Assembly: GCF_002105155.1 (NCBI RefSeq) | Contig: NW_019028995.1 | Span: forward strand, 620,001-684,000 | Origin: Lobosporangium transversale | Taxonomy: Eukaryota | Length of the DNA: 64,000 nucleotides | Reading direction: 5' to 3' | In this document: in pieces, positions 1 to 14,810 of the stretch | Position numbering within the stretch: the first letter of the stretch is position 1 | Layout: each line of letters starts with the position of its first letter | Translations under genes and position numbers: made by a program | Notes under the pieces: model-generated | Databases searched by the model: none | The model's input: only the letters and a program-made list of their open reading frames with translations | Told to the model about the DNA's origin: nothing

Positions 1-878
1 GCATGGCCTACGCTTGCCCAGATGATTTCGAGTGGAAAGCGTTTGGTTACTTTTCTTGATAAAGGCGCTGATGCCTCTGTTCCATGGTATAGTGCACCAG
101 AGATACATCCATATAAAATTCTAGTTGTTTTTCCCACTTCATCATATAATAACTGTAATATATAATAGCGAAAGGGTGTAGAATCTAATTATCTTTTTCC
201 TCTCGATCATGTTTTTACGTATTTATTTTAGGTTAATGGCAGAGTACAATTTTATTTTCGAGACTCCATGGCACGTTACTAAAGATAGCCCTTATCCTTG
301 TACCATTGATCGCCCTAAGGATCAGCGCAAACAGGTACGATGGTGATCTTGACATAGATTATGTTCTAGAGCCAAAAGTTTCTTGATTCAAGTATCAAGT
401 ATAACAAACCCATCTCTAATTTTTATTTTTTTATTTTTTATGCTTTGCTTCTCATTCGATCTGTTTGATGATGAAAAAGATGTACGTCCTGAACCACTTT
501 ATTTATGGACAATTCGAATTGGGTGGCGAATCCATTAGCATACCTCAACCGGGTGCTGCAAATCAAACGAACAGTGCTGATCTGACGAGCCACATCAATG
601 ACTGTCAGAAGACATTTAAGCAGATCCCTAGCTTTATTGCTGTGGATTTCTATCAAAAGGGATCAGTTATGCAGGCATTAGCCCAAATCAATGGAGTCAA
701 GTGGAACCGCCAAGAGCCCACCCAGAAGGGAGTAACGGGTGGGTCTGGAGCTGGATCAGGGTCGGGAAGTGGCTCAGAATCAGGGTCCAAGAATGAAGCT
801 CTAGGACGAAGGTATACCAACATTGGAGCCATGACTGTAGTTGCTTTGGCGGGGGGTATTGCTATGATGGCTTTTTAA
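1..878 (+). CDS. PI-PLC X-domain-like (PLC-like) phosphodiesterase, 3' part; probably GPI-anchored or C-terminally membrane-anchored
   Basis: Exons ~1-86, 232-333 and ~480-878 join via GT-AG introns to read WPTLAQMISSGKRLVTFLD..VPW-LMAEYNFIFETPW..CTIDRP..MYVLNHF..PSFIAVDFY. The protein ends in a GS-rich spacer and a hydrophobic tail. The 5' end lies outside the window. Confidence 0.8.
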
Positions 879-1119
879 TTTAATAATACTTCACACGCAT
901 ACGTAGACTATTCACCTTTTTTATTTTGTAGTTGTAGTTATTGTTGCTCTCTTCTAATTGGGCAAGTCTTTTTATTTATTTATTTATCTTAACTCTGGGT
1001 CGTAACGGTAGTTGGTAATAATAATATTCAATAAATATCCCGTTTAATTTATCCTACAACACATTTAAGATGTTGAAATGAGACCTGACAATGGCCTTTT
1101 ATTGTGTGTGTGCACAGTT

Positions 1120-1153
<34 letters not shown>

Positions 1154-3595
1154 ACCCATGTTTATGCTGAAAAAGTTGCAACAAGAATGGTCATTATCTT
1201 TCCAGTTTGCGTATATGGTTAACCACTATTTTGAACATGTCGATGGTAATATTAACTGTCTCATTGATGACATCCTTTAATCTCTATCTTTCAGTGTTAG
1301 AATATACAAAACACTCTCATACATCGTTTCTCTTCATAACCCGCGGCATCAACGGTAGCTACTAGCCATAGCTATATTTCAAGGCCTGGTTTCAAAAGAT
1401 CGGACATCGTTTCATCGTGTTTTCATATACGTAAAGCTGAAAAAAAAAAAAAAAAAAAAAAAAAAAAGACATGGTTTTTTAATAGACCTATTGGTATTTG
1501 GGCATATGATGACCTGTTTATCCCTGGTAGCATCCGGATATTATTATCTATTCAGAAAGTATGGAGGCTTGAAGATCTTTAACAGGATTTGTTCATTTTC
1601 AACTAGATACTAGATAGTGCCAAATCTTTGCCTAGACGCGTTTTCGTTGAACATCTTCAGTGAATCATTATTGTTCTAACGAGATTTGGAATAGTTCATC
1701 GTTCTAGATTATTATTTGACTACCCAGGAAACAAAGAAAATTACAAATGAGGTACATGTACTTAAGAGATTTTATACTTTGGAGACGCAGGAAGAGGACC
1801 TGAAGCGTGCAGAAGACGCAGCGGTCTATTGGAGTGGTCTAGTTCAGGTCAATATGAGGATGAGTGTATTTAATATTGTCAATGTTTCTATTTTCCTAAC
1901 ATGGTATGGTCTATGACATAGTTGAAACCGATGGTGTTGAGACGGAAGTTGGAGCTTCAGGAGGACAATCGATGTCAAAAGAGCTTAAATGTATTGTGTA
2001 TGACAAAAGAAGCTTGGATGCATGTACCAAATAAGACATTTCGCCAGCCTTGTATATTGCGTTACATGTTTCCGTGAACATGACAGCTGGCCCAAACTGC
2101 GACATGGTCTAAAGGGGTTGGATTTAGATCAGGAATCCCTTTTCGACTCTTTCAAGCGCAGGCATTGGTCAACGTTACAAATGAACATCTAAAAGAAAAA
2201 CGCTTGATCCCGTTAACAACAGCTCCATCCCCAACTCTGGGTGTTCCAGAACGCAATGCTGCCTTGAATGCACTAAAAAACGCGAACAAAGCCGAGTGCA
2301 ATAAGCTTATTCATCATATCAGACAGCCATCAAAAAGTTGCTAGGATAAGGATATTACACTTTATAATAGTGTCTCCATACTGGAGCTACATTTGTGTAT
2401 TCATATAGTTTCTCTTGTGGCCCTTGCTCTTGATCTTCACTTTATTCTTACATTCTACCTAAACATTTGCAAATACAATGCCTTTTAACTTTGTCCTCAT
2501 GCTTCATACTTCCTGAGAAAACAGAATAGATTCTCCGCAGCGAGCGACGTCATGAGCCATTGAATACAAGATGGAGGCTATGTAGTGGATGTGCTTTATT
2601 GGAGTAAACTTGTGCGTATTCATCTTTAGAGGCCTGGTGCGTATCTGTGTAGCCTAAAAGGGTGTAATGGGCACTGGTATGTCATGCAGCAGCAACGAAT
2701 ATTTTAGAATACAACGGTTGAAGTTAAGAATATATGTATGCGTTTTGCTTAAGGACCGCCTATAAAAATCAGATTCGACCGCATTTAGTATAAATCTTGT
2801 TCATTTTATCTGGGATCCATGCATAGCCATATTCATAGTCTAGTGTTAGTGTCTTCTATCAAAAAATAAAATAAAATATAAAGAACAATTGAGTGAAGAT
2901 ATTGGAAGATACGCGAAGGACAATTTAAAGTGTGAGCTATAAACGGATCGGAGCTAGGAGACAGCTTAAATGACATGTAAGCTTGATTGGGAAAACATCC
3001 ACTTGGGCAATTATGTGAACGAGGTAGAAAAAAAGTGAAGAGAGTTTGTACTCAACTTTCTCCGCTTTCACTTTTTTTTTTTATGCAAAAAAGAGATTCG
3101 CTGTCTGGATGCAAGTCCATACGTTTTTACGATTTGCTCCGATTGGTCTTGCAGCCTAGAACTGTAGGGTACATGTACGTTGTATATATATTCGTGTTGT
3201 AAATACATATTAGGGCAATGGATGAATACACATCTATGGGCCATTAACAAATAAATATTTTTTGTATACATCCATGTTCCCGATTTATTGCTTGTTTGTT
3301 TATTTGTTTCTCTTTTTCACCCTCTTTTGCTTTCCCTTTTCGATCTTCTTTCGCACGCTTGTTTACATATACCCTTTTGCCCTTTTATATCGATTTTCAT
3401 TCTGCTCTCCATCTACACATACATACACACATACATACACACAAACACATATACACATTCTTTCCTCTCCTTCTCTTTGTCTTTCTCCTTCTCTCTTTGT
3501 CCTTCTTTTGTCTTTATCTCTGGTCTCTTCTGTGCTTTCAGTCCATTTCCTTATTCATACAAGCTAATATAAAGATCTCTAAAGTCATCACAAAG

Positions 3596-6013
3596 ATGAT
3601 GAACAGAGATGATATCATCACATATGGAGGAGACAAGGAGTCTTGCATTGAGGAAGGAAAAGAAAAGAATGATGCGTCGTCACTTCAGGACTCTGCCGAC
3701 TTCAGCGGCCCTATTGCAGGCGAGGTTGGACAAGGTCTTCAGCGTAACTTGCAAGCGCGGCACTTGACCATGATCTCACTTGGTAAGTTTCCTTCTTTTT
3801 CATGAAATCACGATTGAAACCGTCGTTTCAAGAAGCATAGCGTTAACCAACAAAAGAGAAAACATACAAGACAAATTACAAAAACCTGCCGTTGCTGTTA
3901 CACCACCAACATTCGACCCTTTTCTCTTTACTCCGTTTTTAAAACTGCCCATATTTGCAGACAATTGCCCTGTCACTTTCCAAACAAACTTGAAAATCAG
4001 AATGTCGGCCTCAATTAATCAATACATGTCAAAAATCAAAACGGCCAAAAAAAAAAAAAAAAAAAAAAAAAATAGCACCGTTATGCGAAAAGTTTTTTCC
4101 CCACCTGGTCAACATATTAAATAAGATGTACTAGGCTTACGCTACAATAACTATAAGCGGGCAGCTAGGATCTATTCCTCCTTTTCCTCCTTCCCTCCCC
4201 CTCTTCTTTGGGATCGTCCACGACTCAACCTAATAAAGTATGATTTCATCTCACATTTCAATCTTTATTTGGTTATTATTGCCATTGTTGTTACTACTTT
4301 TTTAGGAGGAACTATCGGCACAGGACTCTTCCTTGCATCAGGCTCATCAATCGCCACAGCTGGTCCTGGCTTCTCACAGGTTGCCTACACACTCATTGGT
4401 ACTATGGTCTATTGCTTCATGTCCTCACTTGGTGAGATGGCGACATATCTTCCCATCACTGGATCAATCAATGCGTATGGTACTCGCTTCTTTGACCCTG
4501 CCCTTGGATTCATGCTTGGTAAGTCGCTTTCAATGTTATGTTTATATTCTTATTCCTTCGGATTTTTAGTAGAATAAGAAATGTCCTTCCACATTTAGCT
4601 CATTCTCTATTTCGGAGAATAGATTATGAACTTCTTGTGAACCTTTACGTATTTTGATCAACCTTTCTGTGTCATACATCACCATTTCTAACCTTTTTTT
4701 TTTTTTTTTTTTTTTTTATTTTTTCCTTTCCTTCTACAGGTTGGGTTTACTGGTTTTCTTGGTCTGTCACTTTAGCTACAGAGTTAGTGGCGTCATCTCT
4801 CATCATCTCATATTGGATTCCGCCTGAAACATGCCCAGGCTGGGTATGGGCTCTTGTCTTTATTGTCATACTCACCACCCTCAATCTCAGCTCCGTAAAA
4901 GCCTATGGTGAGACTGAATATTGGCTCAGTCTGATCAAAGTCCTTGCAGTGGTCGTCTTCATCATTGTCGGCTTCCTCTATATTGGTGGAGCAGTGGGCA
5001 CGCCGATCGAAGGTGCACCCAAGCCAGGACCTCAGGTCTTTAACATGGACCCTTTCCATAATGGATTCATGGCTCTGTTCTCCATCTTCTTGAACGCCGG
5101 CTTCTCTTTCCAAGGAGCAGAACTTGTGGGTATCGCTGCGGGTGAAACCAAGAACCCCCGCAAGAATGTACCCCGTGCGATTCGACAGGTCTTTTGGCGT
5201 ATTATTATGTTCTATATCCTCACCATCTTAATCATTGGCATGACAATCCCTTATGATGACGAGTCTCTTGCTAACGAAAAAGGCGATATCAAATCCTCGC
5301 CCTTCACCCGCGTCTTTGTTCAAGCTGGAATCTCTGTCGGTGGTGATATTATGAACGCCATCATCTTGGTCGCTGTTCTCTCGGCCGGTAACTCGGGCTT
5401 GTATGCCTCTTCCCGTGCACTCCACACTTTATCCAAGGAAGGAAATGCACCCAAGTTCTTGGGCTATGTCAATCGTTGGGGCGTGCCCGTCTACTGTGTC
5501 CTTGCCACTGCCCTGGTTGGATGCTTAGCCTTCATTGTCTCGCTTCGTCAGATCGGTCAAGGTGAAGCCTACAATTGGCTCCTGGCTCTTGCCTCCACCA
5601 CGGGATTCATTGCTTGGCTCGGTATTGCATTCTGCCACATTCGTTTCCGAATGGCTTACAAGGCCCAAGGCCGTTCTCTCCAGGATCTTCCCTTTGTCTC
5701 TCGTCTATACCCATTTGGTCCCATCTATACCATCGTGATCTGCTTAATTATCTTGTTTGGTCAAGGATACACTGCATTCACCCCTTTTAATGTAAAAGCC
5801 TTCTTGTCCGCATACGTGACCCTACCCTTTGTTGTCATTCTCTATTTCGGAAACAAGTTCTGGGCAAAGACAAAGATCCTTAAATTGGTTGATGTAGATC
5901 TCGACACCGGTCGCAGCTTCTTGGAAACTGCCCCTCCAATCATGGACAGTGAGTCTGAATGTAATCAGAAAAAACCCAACAAATTCCGTCGAGTGCTCGC
6001 TTCGATCTTTTAA
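3596..6013 (+). CDS. Amino-acid permease (APC superfamily, yeast amino acid transporter family)
   Basis: Exons ~3596-3782, 4306-4518 and 4740-6013. Motifs LQRNLQARHLTMISLGGTIGTGLF, GEMAT, YGETEYWLSLIKV, GFSFQGAELVGIAAGE, SAGNSGLYASSR; multiple transmembrane segments. Confidence 0.95.
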
Positions 6014-6301
6014 ATAAAATAATAGTAAACAATAAAAAGTATAAATGTCATCATTATTTCTTTTCCTATCCACTCATTTTCATGAATTCATAGTGCGATA
6101 GAGCAAAGAGGAAAAAAAATTAAAAAAAAAAAAAAAAAAAAAGTCAAACGTTTATGCACGGAGAAATGCTATAATTGTTGCAGTGACTAATAAAATCCAA
6201 GAATCGAGGCTTTTTGTTTTTTTTTATTACTATGAGGCCTCCATCCTCCTCCTTCTCAAATGTTGCTTTTTGATATAATTCAATACAAAAGGTAGGATTG
6301 G

Positions 6302-9300
6302 CTAATTCTTTCTGCGAGTTCGTGCCTTTGATGAAGAATGTGAATGCAAAATTGCTGTTGATGATGCGTGTGTCCTTGGAGAACTTGATGGTAATGATAA
6401 ATCACTTTTTGTTGTGGTGTTGAAAGATATTGCTGGACTTGTGGATTTTGGCATATTGATAGGTGTGGAGAGTGACGAGTGTGGTGATGGTATAGAGTCC
6501 TCAATAACATTGAACGCCAAATCCAGGTCCGGAATAACAATCGACTGGGTCCGTGAAGTAGACATTGATGATGAAGTCTTATTCTTTTTGTTTTTGTTTT
6601 TGCGTTGCTTTAAAATGGGAGATGCGAATGAAGATGAGGCCGCTGAAGAATCGGATGAGCCTGTGTTTGGTGACGGTGGCATGGTTGAGTTTGGTGACGA
6701 TACAAAAGACCTCCAAGCTCGGTCTTCGTCATAGGACTGAACGCTGTCCATATCTGACATGTCCTCATCATACCCAGAACGCCCCATCCGTGATAATGCC
6801 GATATGGCTTTAGGTTGTTCTCTGAACAGGCTAGCATATTTTTTTTCTGTAATAGTTGTCAGATCGACTTGATTTGGGTCCAGTAGCAACCCTAAAAGAT
6901 CCTGCTGACTTTCTTCCATTTCCTTAGCTGCCGTCCTGCTGCCGTCTTCATAAGACTTGAGATTACGCAACAAAAGTTTCCGGAGACCAAGTTCTACAGC
7001 TTGCAATGATAGACTCGAAGTTACCGTCCCTGAAACCTTTTCTATCCTGTCTTCTGGCAGTTCCACTCTTTCATATAAGCACATATAAGGGTTTGATCTC
7101 AGAACATGATCCAGCGTTACAGATTCGACCATTTCATCCGACACTCTGAACCAATCTTCCACTCCACTGCCGCCATGAAATGACCCAGCCCTTGATGCCT
7201 TCATAGATTCCAACCCAAGGCCTACAGTACCAATCTTGGACAACATGTTTTCAGGTTTCCGACGGTATGCAATAAAATGACCGTATGAGTGCCCGCCATA
7301 GTGGACAACAATCGACTGCAGCTTGTATATGACCCTTGTATGTTTATGTGAAGACTGTTGTTGCTGTGGTTGTGATTGCTGATGATTATGTCCTTGCTTT
7401 GTCTGCTTCGATTGTTGTTTGGTCTTTGCCACGGGTCTATCCCAATCATAACCCATCCTCTCCAAATCTTGGTCCGAGATGGACAAGGGCAACGTTGGAT
7501 GCGTCAAGAGAACGCCTGTTGTGCAGAATGCAGATATATCTAGATACTCGGGAAAACGAACTTGACAACTGTTCTTTGATACAGTCCCATAGTCGGAGTA
7601 CTGAGAGCGAATAAAATGAAGACATAATACTGGTGGCGGCTTGGCAATCATGACCTGTTTGGTGCAATGGCGAGAAACCACTTTTAAAAGCTTAATGTCC
7701 GGGAGAGGTCTCTCCACGTCTGACTTGAGAGCATCCTCTAAGACTGTTTTTTGATGTTTCAACTTGGATATTGTTGTCGCCATGGTCTTATCTGATTGAA
7801 AGGTTCTCGGTGTCACTTTTGACATCACTATATCATCGTCAGAGTCATCCATGATCGATCCTTCGTCACTTTCTGAATACAAGTCATTGCTATCGTCCTC
7901 TGATGAGATGTCGGTATAGCTACTTCGATCCAACTGTCGAGATACATTCTTGAACGGGCTGGGCAATTGACTGTCCAGTCGCTTGATCTCATTTATGGTC
8001 CTTGTAAGTGTAGCAAGTAAGGAGCACTTGCGACAAATCACATCGTGAAGAGATTCAAGATTAATATATTGCCTGAGGCAGTCCTCGATACTACAAGAGT
8101 GAGACGAAGGTAACGATAAGGAAAGGTTGTCAAATGTGAAGTGTCGAACTGCCTCTGTATAGCCGCATTGTACACACGATAGTCGACTAGCTAACATCCC
8201 AATCATTGGGTTTGAATCCTGCTTCCTGAGCTGATGCTCATTTTGATCACGTCCAAGCCGAATAAGCTTCTTCAAAAAGTCCAGATTCAATAAAGGGCGA
8301 GTAGCCTGAAGCCTCTGAATGGTCATCTCCTCAGAGCTCAAGGCACTCGAGATGATTTGGAACAGTTCCTGTGCATCCTGCTGTTCCCGATTCATGATAT
8401 GATACCGAGATGACTTTGAATCCTTGGCACGTGATTCCTCTAGAGCTGACACAATGGCTCTTGGTCGGAAAGATTGGTGGGAGCCAAGTGGTTTTTGCAA
8501 TGCTAAAGCCGAGATATTAAGATCAAGCAACATTAAAAAACATAAAGGATAAAAGAGCATCGTCAACATATATGGGCTACATTGAAAAAAGAGACGTCTC
8601 AACTCATATATTCTTAACCAAAGTCTTGTAATTTTTTTTTTTTTTTTTTTTTACCTTCTACGGTATCTAGCAATGCCTCGGTTACTTGGACTTCATCATC
8701 CTCCAAGTGTAATCCATCTGAGCGGCTCAAGATAGATTCCAAATACTGTGGTAGAATTGTTAGGGCAGAAAGGGCCTAAATGAATACGGAGATTATAAAA
8801 TGATTCCGAAATATTAATAAATCTTTTTTGAGAGAGGCAGCTTGACTCCTTTGATATTTTTTTGACACCAGACGTAATTGATCTTTTTCTTTTTACCTGC
8901 AACACGGAATTTAAAAAACAAGAATTTCCGGTATTGACAAGACCATAGACATAAGGAAACGAGGGGGTTGTGGAGATCTTTGTATCTTCAAGAGCAGCAA
9001 ATAAACCTATATTTATCAGAGTGTATTGCCCTTGTTATTACTGTCCTTGTTATGGAGCAAAGTGGTCAAAAGAAGAGTAGCACTGCGCCCCGAATGAACC
9101 AGAGTGTTTGTTACTTTGTAGTAAACAAACAAAAAGCAAAACAAAAAATCATCAGTTGGGAATTCAAAATTTTACGAATAACATTATTTTTACCTTGTGT
9201 AGATGTATTTGTGTTGCCCTGACGAAGCTGTTGCAACTGAGCTCGGCTAGTGATCTTTGACCTATCGGATGAGTGAGATCTGGTGGCATTAAAGTGTTCC

Positions 9301-9641
9301 GGAAGTAAGGGAAACAATAACGACGATGATGTGAAGGCTCGATCAGCTCCTGAAACTGATTGACCCCTGGTGTCGTTATCGTCGCTTTCCCAACCCAAGA
9401 GAATTCTAGTCAATGGGTCCAGGATACGAGCTTTGAAGAAGACAAATCCTTCCTGCGTCTGTATTGGTATAGGTAGTGTCTCCATGAGCATCATTAAATC
9501 GAATACTAGTATAGACGCCATTGACTTGGAGATCCATTGTTTATGTTTTTGAGGTAACAAGACGATGAATGACACAATTAGGACAACGACAGCCAGTGGT
9601 GGCGGATGAAGTAGTTTCTGCAACATCTCCTGAACCGTCAT
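6302..9641 (-). CDS. Ubiquitin-specific protease (peptidase C19), USP30/Ubp16-like with N-terminal hydrophobic anchor
   Basis: Exons ~9641-9194, 8987-8896, ~8762-8654 and ~8502-6302. Cys box GLVNTGNSCFLNSVLQ, QQDAQE motif, His box VVHYGGHSYGHFIAYR, WFRVSD; N-terminal TM-like segment. Confidence 0.9.
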
Positions 9642-10637
9642 GGTTGAAAGAGTGTGAGGCGATGATAAAGCGGGATGAGAGAAGATGAGAGTGATGAAGT
9701 TTGCGAAAAGGAAAAACAGGGCAACAAAAAAATGAAGAATTTTTTTTTTTATTTTTTTGTTGCCTGTATTTTCACTTTTTCACTCCAAATAACGGTTGAT
9801 TATTCTCCGACTATAACAATATTTCAAGCTGAAAGAAAACAAGAAAGGAAAGTAAGAAAAGAATGGTGAAAGACGAATGGTGATGGTGGATGATTAGAGT
9901 AAAAGGCAAAAAAAGAACATGATTAGAAGAGAGAGAGACACACACACACACAGGCGCAGTCAATTTTTTTATTTTTATTTTTTTGCGTGCAGTCCTCACA
10001 TTGGCCACTTATCATTTGGAGTGTTCATTCTATACCACATGGTGAATTATTTATAAACAAATATGTGAATGATGATGTGTTACTGACGACTAACGAGCTA
10101 ACGTGGACATGCCACATAACATGCACATACAATAATACACAAAATGTTTATTCAGATGGCTCTTCTTCCTTTCTCAACAAACTATTAGAGTTCATTTAGT
10201 CGAATGAATATCAGCACAAGTAGTCGTCGAAAGACATGGAGCCCGTCCCCAGGCTCTCGTCCATTGACCGGCTTATCTCGTGCAAAGGAAAGGATACATT
10301 ACCCTTCCCTTTTGTTTGCTCTGTGCCCACCCATTGGAGACCACTCTCTCATTACAAAGAACAGCTACTCACCTAGTTTAACACCAAGTGTTCCAAGGAC
10401 AAGGACAACTGCAGAAGAAAAATATAAAATTGGTAAGCAACGGATCGTTTTATATTCTAAAAAAGACAGTCACTAACCTGGCATCCCAAAGTGGGGGCCA
10501 TAAAATATATAAGAAATTAGGGAAAGAGTTAAAAACACAGTCCAATTCACATTCTACTTCTCTTTTTTTTTTATTACTGACACGTTCATCCTCAAGGCAG
10601 CTCTATATTGACTCTTCAACCCGATTAGATTCCCACC

Positions 10638-11201
10638 ATGAACTCATCCATCGTCTCTAAACTCTATGGTAATCATCCATCCTGGATACTTATAAATCTA
10701 CGACAGCATTGCAAAAAAAAAAAAAAAAAAAAAAAACGTGTCTCTATAGTACTTCATTCAAGGAACAAGTCAAAACATTATCCAAGCTTCGTACAGGGCA
10801 AAAACCCACGGCACCAATCATCTTTTTCTTACCATGGAGGTGAATTGTTCACGAAAGAGGTTCTCATTTTTTATTTTTTATTTTTCCTTGCTTCTGCTTT
10901 GCGCGTAGGCCCTCTTTTGTATAACACCAAAGTAGCGGCTCAGATCGCGAAGCAAGTCTATATCCGTGAAGGAATGGCTCCTCCTTCAGGAGCTCAGATC
11001 GAGGCTGCTAAAGATGCTACTCTCAAGTTTATCTGGAATGCTCGTAATCTCAACACCTGGAAGAATATCTCAAAGGATCAATACGTGAGAGCTGGTTTGG
11101 TCGCTGCTGAAGCATACACCTTTTTTATGTTGGGCGAGATCATTGGACGTAGGAACCTCATTGGCTATAACGTCAAGAGCGCCGACACCCATCATCATTA
11201 A
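10638..11201 (+). CDS. ATP20: Mitochondrial ATP synthase subunit g
   Basis: Exons 10638-10668 and 10909-11201 give MNSSIVSKLYGPLLYNTKVAAQIAKQVYIREGMAPPS...AEAYTFFMLGEIIGRRNLIGYNV, matching the subunit g signature (PPs; FxxGExIGRxxLxGY). Confidence 0.9.
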   Translation: MNSSIVSKLYGNHPSWILINLRQHCKKKKKKKKRVSIVLHSRNKSKHYPSFVQGKNPRHQSSFSYHGGELFTKEVLIFYFLFFLASALRVGPLLYNTKVAAQIAKQVYIREGMAPPSGAQIEAAKDATLKFIWNARNLNTWKNISKDQYVRAGLVAAEAYTFFMLGEIIGRRNLIGYNVKSADTHHH

Positions 11202-11290
11202 TCAGCGTTCTTTACCTCAGACTAAGACTATTGTTACAATAAAAAAAAAAAGAATGGCTGGTTTTTTTTTTTATAATTTCTATTAAAACT

Positions 11291-11648
11291 CTAATCAGCT
11301 ACCCAGGCTCCAACGCGTTTTACGTATTTGCCCATCAGCTCGCCAAGGTCGCGAACCACAAAGGCACAAATCACTTGACTTAGAACGTCGCATAGACGAC
11401 GTAACCGGTTTACAATCTGGAGATGAACATGATAATGTGAATGGGCGTTGTAATGACGTAACATGGACTCCAGAATATAACTTGACTGGAAAAGGTGGAC
11501 AACATTCTCCGTATAAGCTGATGTGTCCTCCCTATTAAAAATAAGACAGAACAAAACGATAATTATATACCGCAAAGCGAATTAGTCTTGATATAATATT
11601 ACTGAAGAAAACAAGAAGAAGAAGAAGAAGAAGAAGAAGAAGAAGAAG

Positions 11649-11681
<33 letters not shown>

Positions 11682-13114
11682 TACACTTTATCGTTTCCAA
11701 TTTTTTGAAAGGTCTTTGATAAACTCTTCCATTGACTTTTCAGTCCACCAGAACCAGCGTCTGCAGTGCTTCCGCCCACGGACACACCTCCTTTCTTGCT
11801 AGTCTTTTCAGAATTTGGCATAGGCGGCTCATCTCCATTCCCCCAATTATAGCTGTCCGTGCCATAAAGACTCGCTGCCCCATACAGACTCGCTGTTCCA
11901 CCCGTTACAGGGCCTTGCATATCTTCCTGATAACCCTGGTTTGTTGTAATAGTGAGGTTGAGTCCATTTTTGCCTGGTCGATTGATGAATGACAGCTTCT
12001 TACTCAGTTTGGACTGGACACTATGCGCCGTTGCCTCCAAGCTTTCAAGTTCTTTAAGGATCGCCATCCGCTCAGCATCCACCTCGGGCCCGCCCTCCAC
12101 CAATAGGTTCAATGTCCCATTTTGTGACTGTTTGGCCATCTCGTCAAAGCGATCATACAGAGTTCGACAAGCTTCTATTTTAATGCCTGCTGCAGGTAGG
12201 CGAACCAAGGACTGATACCAGATAGCACGTGGAACATACATGCGCTTGGTAAGGAACCCGCCTGTTGTCATGGTCTGCTCCAGTTTGCGCATAAGCCAAA
12301 AACAACGTAGATGTGGATCTGTGGGTGGAGGCTCTACAAAAGGAGGTGGAAGAGGCTGCAAAAGACTGGTTAAAATACAAGCTCACTTTACTCTACAAAA
12401 ATAAGATAATCAAATCCTCACACTTTAGCTTACAAAGCTCATTCCCGCGAATGGATCATCAGAAATCACATCATACAGAGTCATGCCTCCTGAGGAACCA
12501 TGGTTATGAGTACTGCCATTCAGACTAGGGCTCCACGTCTTATCGAGCGTTGGTGAGGCTGAGGTAGAATTGGAGAGCGTTGTACTCAGCTTGGAGCTAC
12601 TATGTTGATGTTGGAGGACTGCTGGTCGCGTAACTGAAGATTGTCCTGGTAAGGATGAAAGTGAGGAAGATGAGCTGCCAGCTCCTACTCCGTTTGTGAC
12701 GCCAGAGCCCCCAGAGGATCGCGCTAATGGGCTACCTTCCTTCAACGAACGAGAAGAATCAGAGATCCGTTTGTTGGTGGCGCTTTCGAGAGCATGTAGT
12801 GAGCTGATGGATGAAGCTGCTTGTTGAACATTATACAGAGGCGATCTCGATTGCGATGCTGTTGATTGATGAGCTGAGAGATTTGAAGACTGGGAAAATG
12901 ATCTCTGATGCTGTGATATTTGTTGTCGTTGTTGAGATGACAATGTATCTCCTCCTGCTTTATGTACCTCCTGTACTGTGTTGAGACTTTGTGCTGATTT
13001 AGATCTAATCTGCTCTACTTGGTTCAAAGTATAAGATCCTAATTTGGAACCATCAATTAAGAAAAATTAAAATAAAAATAAAAATAAAAATAAAAAAAAA
13101 GTTAATTGCAAAAA

Positions 13115-13180
<66 letters not shown>

Positions 13181-14810
13181 CTGTATAACTAAATTTTGAT
13201 TAAATAACCTACCCTTCGAACTAACTCGTTCACGAGGGTACGGGTCTTCTGAAGAATGATCTAATACTTCTGCTGTTGAAAAGCTACTTGAAGATAGGTT
13301 AGGGAGCCATTCATCTGAGACAAGATCATCGTCATAGAATCTGCTGAGAATTGCCCCATGTGTCTTTTCATCATCTGGCGAGTTCTCTGATGGTGAAAGG
13401 AGCGAGCGTTGACTTGACTGTAACTGTTGTCCTGATAGAGTTGAAGCTGGAACCAAAGGGGAAATCCTTCGAGAAGTGTTGGCAGGGGATCCTGGAGGTG
13501 AAATTATGTTCGGAGGTCCAGGTGGAAGGGATGTTTTGGGCGGCGGTGAAGAAGGCAAAGATGTAAGGAAGGTTTGGTTTCCAGGCATATTGGGTGTTGG
13601 AGGATTTGAATGGGTAGGAGTCGACATTGTAGATCCCTGCCCCTGTGAAAACACTGGTACAGGTGGAGGGGTAGAGGGTGGTGGGCCAAGAGCTGTCGGT
13701 GTAGGTGGTAAAGGTACCGTCGGGGCTGAATACATTGGAACACCGAGATGATCTCGACTCCTGATCTTTGAAGGGCCTAACAGACGCTGTTGAGCCTGGA
13801 TCTGAAGCTGTTCTGCTGCGTAAACAAGATCTCCTGTCATGCGAGGGGTTGATCCTCCTGTGTGTGATCGTGTATGGTGTCGGGTATGTCCAGAAGATGT
13901 ACCATGCTCACTGGCAGATGTTGAATCTGAACGCTGGCGTGGTGTGCGAGGTTCCAAGGGGGGATGAATACCCGAATTCGCCATCGAAGATGGGTGAAGA
14001 GGAACAGGTACATGTTTCCTGATGCGACGCGGAGGAGGTACCTTTGCAGCGGAGCTAGATCTTGTAGTGTTATCTGAATCCTCTATGTGGTGCTGAGAGG
14101 AGCTGCTACTGGACGAAGAACCTAAAGAAGATGATGAAATGCCAGCAGAGCGTAATGGAGTTGTTTGGCGTGGTGCGGGCGGGAGAGGTTGCTGAGGAGG
14201 TTGCGGTATCGGTGGGGTGTTGTGCTGAGGATATGGCGTGGTAGGAGCCGCCGCTGGGGCTGGCGGGGTTGATAGGAGATGAATTCTGAATAAATACGAA
14301 TCGTGCTGTATATGAATATATTGAGAAATACAATAAAAATGGGAAATTAGTTTTTACTGTTCTCAAACAACAATCCTATTTACTTTAGGGCTTGGCATGG
14401 GCGCCAATGATAGACACAATAACGGAAAGCCAACCTACAATCGTCCTTAAGCGTTCCTGTTCTTCTGGTGAAGAGCTAGCATCCATGACCTTGCTTAATA
14501 AGGCTACAGCACGGTTATATGCCTCAAGCGCTGCAGGGATATCATTGGCATTGTCGAGTTGGACGGCAGACTGGGCTTCCACCAAGGCTCTGGTTAGAAG
14601 CGCTTTTGAACTGCTAGATGCAGACCGAGGTCGGGTTTGATCAGGTGCCATCATTGAACTCGATCCTGTATTGTAATGCCCGTGTGTGTGGTCGCTGGAA
14701 GATATATAGTACGGTTGAGTGTGCTTTCCAGCAAGCACTGACACTGACCGAGCAGTTGGAGCTGATGATGGTAGAGAGGAATCCAAGTGATGTAAACCCA
14801 CGGATGTCAT
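11291..14810 (-). CDS. MIT (microtubule interacting and trafficking) domain protein with Pro/Ser-rich middle and conserved helical C-terminus
   Basis: Exons ~14810-14439, 14305-13213, 13038-12432, ~12363-11686 and ~11531-11291. MIT motif KALLTRALVEAQSAVQLDNANDIPAALEAYNRAVALL..EQERLRTIHDSYLFRI. C-terminal PPTDPHLRCFWLMRKLEQTMTTGGFLTKRMYVPRAIWYQ..VICAFVVRDL. Confidence 0.85.
13115..13174. repeat. (AAT)n microsatellite in an intron of the MIT gene
   Basis: About 20 perfect AAT units. Confidence 0.9.

Noticed and set aside
1500..2400. Coding-like fragments (ORFs 1716-1916 and 1911-2105)
   Set aside because: Short, stop-interrupted and without a recognisable motif; possibly a decayed gene or transposon but unsupported.
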